This document shows, piece by piece, positions 24,060-34,094 of a stretch of 64,000 bases of DNA (positions within the stretch are counted from its first letter, which is position 1; every line of letters begins with the position of its first letter). Below the pieces are notes generated by a model that saw only the letters and a list, made by a program, of their open reading frames with translations, did no database searches and had not been told where the DNA came from. The stretch is from Epithemia pelagica (lineage: Eukaryota > Protista > Bacillariophyta), in the NCBI GenBank assembly GCA_946965045.2, contig OX337242.1:1550001-1614000 (forward strand), written 5' to 3'. Both the position numbers and the translations under genes were made by a program.

Positions 24060-25805
24060 ATGCTGTCGGCATCGGAAATGACACCGTCCGATGGAGAGGA
24101 TACTAGTAGAACGGATGGACTACCAGTGGGAGTTTGGTCCACGGTAGCTACATCCTCATCCTCACCTCAACAAGCAAAACAACCATTGCGACGTCGTCGA
24201 GCCAATCCGAGGACATCTTCTTGGTTTGGTACGGCCACTAGTTCGACTGCTGCCGCTGGGAGCCACGCGTTTTTGTGGCAAAACAACACTGGCAGCAGCA
24301 ACAAGAACAGCAGCAGCAAGGATACCGTCTTTTCCATTCCAGGCTCCTACCACTACTCGTTTAGCAGCATTACCACAATGAGCAATCTTTCCATTGAAAA
24401 ATTGACCATTGGAGTCCTGTTGATTGTGGCCTGGGGGTGGATCATGGTGACCATTGGTATGGTCTTTTATCATGGCTACAACAATCCTCTAACACATTCG
24501 GAGGACAAGCATCATCACAATCACTTATTGACGGGTGTGGAACCACCCATGCCGGTCCGTTCGGACCTCATACAAGACACGGATGACAGAGACGCTCGTG
24601 GCAGCAACCAAGAGCCATTGGGACATGGAACGTCACCTCTGCTGTTATTCACCTTTCGTCGGGCTGACTATCTACGGGAAACCTTGGATACAGTATTACG
24701 GTATATTCCCCATGATTGTCAGTCGGTGGCCTGTCCTGTGATTGTGTCGCAAGATGGAGACAATGCCGACGTGACAAGGGTCATTCAAGACTTTGCACGA
24801 CGTTTTCAAGAGATTGGGATACCCCTCCTTCACTGGCAACATTCTCAGGACCATCCGCCCGTGTTGCGGGGTTCCTTGGCTCGTATCGCCAACGCCAAAG
24901 GCTATGCAGCCCTTGCACAACATTACAAGTGGGCCTTGGACAAAGTGTTTTCGCCAGAACCAACCGTGCTACGAAATGACAACAAGATGGGTGAGGACGA
25001 GGCGATGGGTTTGGACCCAGCCATAGAAGGACCGCCCGAACGAGTGATTATTTTGGAAGAAGATTTGCGCGTTGCTCCAGATTTCTTTGACTACTTTGCC
25101 GCCATGGCGCCATTGTTGGACGTGGACGACACCCTCTTGGCCGTATCGGCCTACAATGACAATGGTTTGCAAGGCAAGGTCCACAATGTGACGAGATTGC
25201 TCCGTTCCGATTTTTTCCCCGGTTTGGGATGGATGATGAATCGGCGCTTGTGGACTCTGGAATTGTCAGACTCGTGGCCCCTGGCCTTTTGGGACGACTG
25301 GTTGAGGGAACTAGCTCAACGAAAAGGACGACACATTGTTCGTCCCGAAGTCTCTCGAACCTTTCATTTTGGAAGTCAGGGTGGCACGTCCAACAATCAA
25401 TTTGGACATTCGCTCCATGATATCTACCTGAATCCAACACCAGTGACCTGGTCACAACAGGATTTGTCTTATCTAGAACCAGGTACCTTTCAGGATCAGT
25501 ATTGGCAATTGATTCAATCGGCTCGTCTCATGGACTCGGTGGATGACGTTCACGCGGCAGTGCATTCCTGGACCGGGGATCCGGAACAGGCGTCGGTGCC
25601 ACCCCCAGTCCTGAGGCTTGAGTATCACAACTTGAACCCCGAATTTCAAAGAATTGCCAAACGGCTGGGCTTGTTTAGCGATGAAAAGGCGGGAGTTCCT
25701 CGAACCGCGTACAAGGGTGTGGTGGAAACGCGCATGGGTGGAGCCAAGGGACCCTTGGTCTTGGTGACGCCACCAATCACACAATTGCAAGAATTGTTTG
25801 ACTGA
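24060..25805 (+). CDS. MGAT1: Alpha-1,3-mannosyl-glycoprotein 2-beta-N-acetylglucosaminyltransferase (GnT-I, GT13)
   Basis: TM anchor plus VSQDG, IILEEDL..APDFFDYF, DFFPGLGWM, WDDWLR and RPEVSRTFHFG motifs. The true start may be a later ATG. Confidence 0.92.
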   Translation: MLSASEMTPSDGEDTSRTDGLPVGVWSTVATSSSSPQQAKQPLRRRRANPRTSSWFGTATSSTAAAGSHAFLWQNNTGSSNKNSSSKDTVFSIPGSYHYSFSSITTMSNLSIEKLTIGVLLIVAWGWIMVTIGMVFYHGYNNPLTHSEDKHHHNHLLTGVEPPMPVRSDLIQDTDDRDARGSNQEPLGHGTSPLLLFTFRRADYLRETLDTVLRYIPHDCQSVACPVIVSQDGDNADVTRVIQDFARRFQEIGIPLLHWQHSQDHPPVLRGSLARIANAKGYAALAQHYKWALDKVFSPEPTVLRNDNKMGEDEAMGLDPAIEGPPERVIILEEDLRVAPDFFDYFAAMAPLLDVDDTLLAVSAYNDNGLQGKVHNVTRLLRSDFFPGLGWMMNRRLWTLELSDSWPLAFWDDWLRELAQRKGRHIVRPEVSRTFHFGSQGGTSNNQFGHSLHDIYLNPTPVTWSQQDLSYLEPGTFQDQYWQLIQSARLMDSVDDVHAAVHSWTGDPEQASVPPPVLRLEYHNLNPEFQRIAKRLGLFSDEKAGVPRTAYKGVVETRMGGAKGPLVLVTPPITQLQELFD

Positions 25806-25870
25806 GAGCCCCCCTCCTGCAAGAAGCAGAACCGAGACGGGACCGCACAGTACAGCAGAACACATGAGTA

Positions 25871-26010
25871 CCTGAGCCATGGCAGGATAACTGAATGTAA
25901 CATTTTCACTGATCGTTCGACAAACAGAAAACTTCTTGCCCCCTGAGCCATGGCAGGATAACTGAACGTAACATTTTCACTGATCGTTCGACAAACAGAA
26001 AACTTCTTGC
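25871..26010. repeat. 69-bp direct tandem duplication in the convergent 3' intergenic region
   Basis: 25871-25939 and 25942-26010 are identical except for one C/T difference (AATGTA vs AACGTA). Confidence 0.95.
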
Positions 26011-26350
26011 GATGCCACGAAAGAACAAGACATCATGGAACCAATGAAGACTTGAAAAGTTGTCCGCATACTCTCGTGCTATTCCTTTTTTAAGGAGATC
26101 CTCCTGCTAGGAGAGAGCGGGAAACGAACCAAGTTTAAGGCCAATTTCCTACTACTGACTCACAACTGAGTAGACATGAAGGCCAATTTCCTAAAATATG
26201 TTATATTTACTACTCTCTCACTTTTTCAACCTGACACACAATACTTTCTTTTTTTGATTTTCAATGATCAATCAATCGATCATTCAATGGCAACTCTCAA
26301 CATGCAACATTTAATGGAATACTTTCAATTTCTCCTTGGAATTCGCATTC

Positions 26351-29300
26351 CTAACGATGCTTCCTGTGATCCTTTGTCTTCAGTGTCCAAAGAACAATGA
26401 TATACCAGGCAAATGCGGTCAAGGCACATAAGGCAGCATTTCTCGGGTAGCTTGAATCTAGGTCAAAACCCTTGCCAACTCCGGCTGAAGAAATTAACAG
26501 CAAATAGTGTCGTTAGAATCCACATATGCATAGAAGAATCCCTTACGAGTTCTTGAATTGATTTTCAAACGTACCACCAACTGCCTGTTCACCGATACCA
26601 AATTCATTGTTGTACCTATCAGGTGTCTCGTCATTCAAACGAGTCACGTTGAAGGCATAGGTGTACTGATCGTATTCTTTCGAAGCCAGACCTTGAGTGC
26701 TCCAGAAAACAAACCAAAAATTCGTAAAGGTTTGAGTGCCTGAGTCTGCGTCTCCGTACGCATTGACAGTACCTGAGAATGAGATTATAACAATAATACC
26801 AAAGACGAGAGAAAGCAAAGCAGCACTGGAGGGTCCAACCAAGAGACTTGCAAGCATACCAAAACCGTAGAATCCCACAAGATCGAGAAAGAGGAAAACC
26901 CAATAGCTCCGCAAAGGTTGAATCAACCATGCCTCTCCTGAATATCCCAAAAGTACAAACGCGCAGGTATAAATAGGTAGCCAAATCAAGGTATCAGTGG
27001 TTTTCGCAACCCAGTACGAAAACACGCTCTGACCCACAGCCGTATCTCGGAAGAATACCACACGTTCCGGGCCGTAGACATTCACGGAAAGACATGAAAC
27101 AATCAGCAGAAAGAGATAAACGCTGAGCATGGTACCAGGAATATAATCAAATGGCCGAACATTCTGCCGCAAGTAAAGGTCTTGGCCGGCAGTGCCCCCC
27201 TGAAGGTTCTTAGGAATACCAACGTAGAAATTGGAGTCTTCATCAACCAAACCTGGAACGACCGAACCGGCTAAAATCATGAGAAAAATGTTCAAAATCG
27301 TGGCGAATGGAGAACGAAGACGTTGTCTACTCGCACGGATGAACAAAAGATAGGTTTGTGATAAAGCTCCAGGAGTCTTGCGACCAGTTTTGTCAGGACG
27401 GACGTTGCTCCAAATGTGCTTAAAAACCATACTGAACTCATTGCACAAGGATGCACAGAATCGTCCAATGAAAAAGCGGCGTTCTTGACGGTCAGTTTCC
27501 TCGTTCTTTAGGTTTGTTTCCGCGTCTTCGTTACGAATCTCGTCAATAGTCGACTTCGCCTCTTCACGTGACACCTTGTCTGGGTTTTCGTCGGCGCACA
27601 TCCACTCTTCAAAAAGGTCTTCTTTGTCCCAGTCCGCTTTGTCAGGATGCGGGATAATGCCGGAGAGGACATCCATGTAGAAATCAGCAGGATTCGAAAA
27701 TGTTGGACAAGGGAAACCAAGCTTCGCAAAGTAATCCTCCATGCCAGAAGTTGGCCCATAGTAGACGGTCACACCACCCTGCCCCAAAAGCAGAACATTG
27801 TCGAACAGTTGAAACACCTGAATGCATTGTGAATGGTAAGAGCATAATGGTCTGTTGCAAAATGTTGTCCCAGTGGCAACATACCTCATACTTGGGCTGA
27901 TGGAGAACTGTGATAACATTGGCACCAGATCTTGCCATATCTTTCAAAGAGTTCACTACCGTGAAGGATGTTGTGGAGTCAAGACCACTCGTCGGTCTGC
28001 AAGAATGAGGAGGTAAGGTTGATCTTACAAAAAGAGCCAGAAAAGTTGAATCAGGCCTGATATGTACTTACTCGTCCAAACAAAGCAAACTGGGCTGCAC
28101 CACCATTCTGTTATCACCAACAACAGGAAGCAATAAGGAAAAGGTGTATACGGCTGACCTGCCAACAAAACTCTCACAAACTTACTCCATGCCAATATTT
28201 ACACGCTTTCGCTGTCCTCCACTGATTCCTCGTTTCTTTTCATCACCCACTACAGTATCTCGCACATGCTCGATTTCCAGGGATTCAAGAATTTCTTCGA
28301 CACGCTCCTTCTTCTTCTCATGGCTCCAGTCAGCAGGAAGACGCATCATGGCACTGTGGTAAATGTTCTCTTCAACAGTAAGTTCACGAAGCATCTATTG
28401 AGAAGCGTAAACAACACTTTTGTCAGAGGAACGATGAAAAGAAGCCACTCTATCGAAAAAAGAGACTTACAATGTCTTCTTGAGGAACGAAGCCAATCAG
28501 TCGCCTATAACCACTGAGGTCGTCTTCCTCTCCGTTAATACGAAGTTTTCCTCCCGTGCGATCTACTTTTCCCGACATGAGAGACAGGAACGTTGTTTTA
28601 CCTTGACGCAAGAACGATAAAGTTAGGGCTTCAACAAAACAATTTGCATGATGAAATATGCAAAGCGGACTCACCAGCACCAGAGGGTCCCATAATAGCA
28701 GTCAACTTCCCGTGTTCCAATTTCCCTGAGACTCCACGCATGATGGTACCCACTTTGGGGATGGTCAAACGGAGACGTTCACACTCGATGTCAATCGTCA
28801 TATCGGGAGACGATAACGTGGAGCGGCGCCTCTCCTTTTTCGGAGCAGGGCTTTCGATCTCTTCGCCCTCTTCAACTTCTTTGGCCTGTTCTTCGCCCTC
28901 TTGGTCATCGTCATCATCATCATCACCACCAACCTGCTTTCCGCTTTCAGTCATTTGGCGCTTGCTCGCCATCATGGCTTCCTTACGACGGCGCGCATTG
29001 CGTACGACCAGATGTCGCCCGAGAAAGAGATAGGCAACTGACACGATGAGAATGAAAATCATAAGAGACATGGCAGGACCAACTTCAAAGCGGCGAAGTC
29101 CAGTGGAACCACATGATTCCATATTGATGCATTTCTTTCCTTCAAAACTTCCAACCGGGCAGTAATAGTCTTCCCTGCAATCCAAGGACTGGCTGGGATC
29201 CGGGCAATAAGACCTGGGGGGACAAAGATCCACACAGGTCTCAATCTTGCTTTTTCCTGGGCAGTAGAACGACAAGGGACATTCACCGTCTCCCTCGTTA

Positions 29301-29578
29301 AACTGACCATACAAAACGATCTCGTTTCCTCCACTGTCCGTTGTCGTGAAGTGTCCTCCCCACTTGGTGAAGCTTCGGTCGTTGGAGGGCACACACTCTG
29401 AAGCGTTAGTGCTGGAGCATCCACACCACCATCCGGGGTCACAATTCGCTGGATCATAAAGAAACTCAGCAACAGAACCACATATAGGACCACTCTCGTT
29501 CCTAACACTTCGGGGCAATGGTTGATCGCATTTGTAGTCCAAGCCCCAATCTTTTTCACAGTAGCTCTCCTCACTCAT
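26351..29578 (-). CDS. ABCG half-transporter with a Cys-rich N-terminal domain (Adp1/ABCG24-28-like), 7 exons
   Basis: Walker A GPSGA|GKTT, signature ISGGQRKRV and Walker B LLCLDE|PTSGLD. Introns 28602-28674, 28395-28470, 28108-28185, 27997-28071, 27818-27884 and 26485-26574 keep the frame to TAG at 26351. Confidence 0.92.
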
Positions 29579-29780
29579 GGTCGAGCTTAAACTGTCAAGT
29601 CAGACCTCTTACCCTCCTTCCAAGAGTTCACCGTCTCAGATTTATAAAACGACAGGAATGGGGCGCCCTCCTCCTCCTCGAAATTTTGAGTATCTTTGGC
29701 GCATTCTCCCTCAACCCGACGAAATTTTGAATCTTTTTAGATCGGTTCGTGACGGGGGCGGTCCTCCAGCAAGTGTCGTA

Positions 29781-30410
29781 AGTCTACTTTAATAGCTGAG
29801 GGCGGATGAGGAGGAGCTAGGGTGTGAGGAGTGGCTTACCTCCGAGAAGGGCAATAGCGACGAGGAGTGGACTGCCCCTGTGAGATCCGCGTGACTCTAA
29901 GTATTCTGTCACACTATTTATGCAACAAGCATGCCTCGGAGTTTGATTGGCATGCAAAGATTGTAAGATAAAAGATACTTAGACATAAAGCGTTATAAAT
30001 CATAAATAGTGACGGGGTTATTTACAAACAATTAAGATTACCTAGTGCCCAATCGAAAGTAGGGCAAGCTAAATTGTATAAGACTAAATAGGCTTACGAC
30101 GACTAAATATCCATTCAGAGAACCGATCACTTAGGAAGATCGAAAATTACCTAGGGTGCGCTGGCACTACTGCTCGTGACACAGGAAGCTAACATACTTT
30201 AAAAGCCCCGGGGGACTCCTCGTCGCAGGGCGCTCCTCGTGGCTTATCTCCTCGTCGGGCAATAGCTTCTCGTCGAGGACTGCCCCCTCGATCCGCTTAT
30301 GCGGATCTCACAGGGGCAGTCCACTCCTCATCGCTATTGCCCTTCTCGGAGTTTAGCCACTCCTCACACCCTAGCTCCTCCTCGTCCATCCTCAGCTATT
30401 AAAGTAGACT
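29781..30410. mobile_element. 630-bp MITE with 110-bp terminal inverted repeats and a TA target-site duplication (Tc1/mariner-like)
   Basis: 29781-29890 is the reverse complement of 30301-30410 with 6 mismatches. TA at 29779-80 and 30411-12. AT-rich non-coding interior. Confidence 0.85.
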
Positions 30411-31060
30411 TAGTAATGTCTGTGTTCTGACGACTATCCCTCTTTCAGTAGTCATACGGAACGCATCCATTGCAGATTGCAGATCCCGATTCCCGATATT
30501 TATCCATAAGTCTCGCAGATCTGTTGTCGGTTGTCGCCATCGTTTTTGTGTGAGCTACTCCTACGACCTACCGAACTACCCAAACACTCGCGTAATACTA
30601 CTTGGAGTGCTGCTCTCTCTACTCGTAACCTTAGAGGTACGTGGTACGACTCCTCTCTAGTAGGCGGTCCCATTGTTCATAGTGCTTCCTTCTCATACCC
30701 CATTATTTGAGTGGATCATTCTGGATCAATCCAGGTTCATTCGCGATTCGCGATGCATGATCCATCAAGCGACATCCCAACACTACGAAAGCAACTGACG
30801 GCTGACTTGACTGGTTTGTTGGAGACCAATGGAGAAACGTTCATGCCATCAGGCAGCGGCGAAATGGACTATTGTTGTCGAGAATTTTACAAGATTCGTT
30901 TTCTCCGAGTCCGGATGATTCGGAGGATCATCACTATTCCTCCTGGCGATAGCGATAACACCTTGGCCACGTTCAAACTCCTAGAGAGCTCAACGTTCAG
31001 AATATCTCATGTAATGTAATATACCAGCATCCACAGGTACAGGACCACTTTCACCATTTA

Positions 31061-31537
31061 GGCCATTCCTTTAGCTCAACAAAACCAATCCGTGCGGGCC
31101 GGGCCGGATTTGGTTTTGGAAAATGTGCCTAAACGCCGTCCTTACGCATTCGCAAAACAAATCCAAAAGACCGCACCTGTCCCCCATCCTGACCCCCATC
31201 CTCCCCAACTCTTCACTTAGAAAAATTGAATACTAAAACTATTGGGTACAAAGGAAGCGACCTTTTATGCAAGAATACCGTTAGAGTCGAACGCCCGCCC
31301 ATCATGTCGAACGCCCGCCCAACATATTCGAAACTGTAGGCTGGCCTCTACACTAGCATAAGTAAAGCACTATCCCTAATGAATTTCCCGGATTTGTTCG
31401 AACCAATCCGGGGTCCTGGATTGGTTCGAACAAAAAATCCAGAAATGCTGTTTTACCCGGATATATGACGTAAACGTGACGCAAAATGCTGACGTGCACG
31501 CAATCTCGATTTGGTTTTGCGAGCTAAAGGATTGGCC
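31061..31537. mobile_element. 477-bp PIF/Harbinger (Tourist)-like MITE
   Basis: About 30-bp imperfect TIRs starting GGCCA(T/A)TCCTTTAGCTC; TTA direct repeats at 31058-60 and 31538-40. Confidence 0.85.
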
Positions 31538-31553
31538 TTATTACGCTTTTGCT

Positions 31554-32588
31554 CTAGTCGTCTCCGAACTCCAGACGCAATTCCCTCATGCCGATCCGAA
31601 AAAAAGAGTGAATGGTTTCATGACAAAAGTCTGTCGGTCGTTTGACTAACCACTCTTCAAGTTCATGGATCCGTACCCATCTCATAAGGGTTGATTCTTC
31701 GCTATGACGTTTTCGGGATAGTAATGATTCATTTTGCATTCGTTGCAGGATTGCTTCACCCTCGACACGGAATTCCACGAGCCAAAAGTAGGTCACCTGT
31801 CGATCAATGCGATTCCCGACTTGAGGTCCATAATCCAACTCGAAATAAACAGGATTTCCACCATGGTTTCGCGTCATGAGGTTGTGTTGTCGTTTGAAAT
31901 ACCTTGTGTCGTCCACAGCAAACGATTCAATCTCTTCCCGCACTCCGCGTAGCACGGTCTGGTCTGGTTGGAGTTCCTCCCCCACCATCGAATGCTCTCC
32001 CAGCAACATCCAGCGATTGGGACAGGTAACCATGGAGGGTCCACGTTTAGAGAGCAAAATTCGGCGTTGATTGTCGATAATATACATCCACACCCCTGTA
32101 TGGATCAAACCACGTCGGTGAATTTGATCAATCCCCAAGACTGATGTTGAATTCGTAGAAAATATGCGACTTGTAGACAACTTTGATGGTGCGGATACAA
32201 GTTCTTGTTCGCTCCTATTGAAAGGAAGACCGCTAATAGTCTGTAATTCATTCTCTGGATCTACGAACTCCCCATGTTGATGCAAAGGACGCGTTTCGGT
32301 GATTTCCAGTCCATGTATGGAGTTTTTCCATTTGAATGCGATCATGTTTTCTTCTTTTCCACTTGTGTTGATTCTTTTGAAGGCCTCTTGTTTTGCTCCA
32401 TCGCGGGAGAACGAAATACAGCAAGATTCACATGAAAACCACGCGAACACTACTGGGAACGCAGTAGGTACCAATCTCCAACGATATAAGACTTTGAATA
32501 TCCACAAGCTATTGCTCGAAGTCTTTCCACTTGGCAAAATGATATTTACCATTCCAAAATTTCTTGTAGAGCCCCAAGGAGACAACAA
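31554..32588 (-). CDS. Nudix-fold protein (IDI-like subfamily) with an N-terminal hydrophobic anchor
   Basis: HRRGLIHTGVWMYIIDNQRRILLSKR..CPNRW..GEH..GE..VLRGVREEI fits the Nudix/IDI1 pattern. Start codon uncertain. Confidence 0.7.
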   Translation of the reverse strand: MLSPWGSTRNFGMVNIILPSGKTSSNSLWIFKVLYRWRLVPTAFPVVFAWFSCESCCISFSRDGAKQEAFKRINTSGKEENMIAFKWKNSIHGLEITETRPLHQHGEFVDPENELQTISGLPFNRSEQELVSAPSKLSTSRIFSTNSTSVLGIDQIHRRGLIHTGVWMYIIDNQRRILLSKRGPSMVTCPNRWMLLGEHSMVGEELQPDQTVLRGVREEIESFAVDDTRYFKRQHNLMTRNHGGNPVYFELDYGPQVGNRIDRQVTYFWLVEFRVEGEAILQRMQNESLLSRKRHSEESTLMRWVRIHELEEWLVKRPTDFCHETIHSFFRIGMRELRLEFGDD

Positions 32589-32910
32589 CTCATCTACGAC
32601 ACGAACTGGTCTTTATTCGAGCAGCGAAATGATGCACCATCCAGGGGCAGATGGCTGGAACTCTCAGTAAGTATTTGGTCGAGAGTCGAGGCAATTGAAA
32701 TGGAACAAAGGAAGAATCCAAATGTGGCGAACGAACAACACGCCATTGTTTGTCGTCAAGTTGGCGAATTTGGGCACGACAAAAATGTGCGACTGATTGT
32801 AATCGATATCTCATTCACACCACCTCATTCACATTTTGTTGATGTTGTCATCCCAATCCCAACTCCCAACTTCATGGCCATTTGATTCACAATCCTTCAA
32901 GTGAAACAGA

Positions 32911-33900
32911 ATGAACATGCATATCATTCCATTGATTGCTCTGTTGCTTGTGAGCCAATGCAGCTCAGGGATCTCTTTTGAGTTTCCAAAGATCCCAAAC
33001 ATGCCAACGCTTGCGTGGCCGTCAAAGGTACGAAGACAAATATGTCTCGTGCAGATCTTTAGCCTTGACTTATTCTCTCATCTCGTGTCATTCTGTTTCT
33101 GAAGGAAAATGGAGGATTATTGCAGACGAACGTGGAAGAAACGGTACGTTTATCAGCGCAGTCTATTGCTGTCGTCTTGTCAAGTTTATGTTCCTCTCTG
33201 ATGACGTTGGATGTGAATAAATCTTCAGAAAAGGTCATTGATTGAAGCCGTTTCTAATACAGAAAATGGCAAAAGTGCCACTCCTGAACAACAGAGAAGA
33301 GTTCTAGACATTGTTAAAAACCTTGAGTCGAGCGCTCCACCGTCCACCAAAAATATTTTGACGGACCCGAAGGAAGCATCCAAAATTGATGGTGTCTGGT
33401 ACCTGCAATACACTTCTCCGTCTAATTTGGAGGAGGACGATCAATTACCGGATGCATGGAAACCAGTTAATGCAAAAGAAGGAGCATCTCGAATCAATAC
33501 ACGACCTTTCAAGGAAGGCAAGGGCGCAGTCGAAGCGTCCGTCATCAAAGTGGATACGGCCAATCGTGTGGTCCAGCAAATCTTTGACGTGAAAACATCG
33601 CGTGTTCAAAACAAAATCGATTTGGGTTGGGGTCGCGTTGAAGTCGAAGGGGATTTCCGATCTTCCGAAACAGTACCGAATCGTGCAATTGTGGGCTTTG
33701 ATCGCGCACAGATCAACCTGAATGTAGGATTTACGATCGATTTGAGCTGGTACTTTGAAGTCCTCTCGTATTTCAATGGTGGAAGTAGAGATAATGGATG
33801 GATCGAAACAACCTACATTGATTATGATATTCGCATTGGAAGGGGAAACAAGGGAACCTTGTTCGTTATTACAAGATCCAAAGATCTTGTGGCTCCTTGA
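32911..33900 (+). CDS. PAP/fibrillin-family protein with a signal peptide (probably plastid-targeted), 3 exons
   Basis: Exons 32911-33027, 33105-33143, 33229-33900. Motifs IDGVWYLQYTS, VVQQIFD and GWIETTYIDYDIRIGRGNKGTLFV. Confidence 0.85.
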
Positions 33901-34094
33901 AACACACATCGGAACTAATCCTCGTGGAAAGTAACCACAATCACAACTACCGTCTCTGATTCAAGGCACACATGACACCATCGTACGGTGATTGCTAGTC
34001 GGTGAAGTAGAAGCACATTCCCTAGATCCGCTTCGCTTCATGTAGCAATTGACCTCAACCCGACCTGCAACATAGACCCTGTTAAGAATCGCTG

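Noticed and set aside
30711-31019. 102-aa ORF between the two MITEs
   Set aside because: No motif or homology recognised; it could be a gene fragment but cannot be supported.
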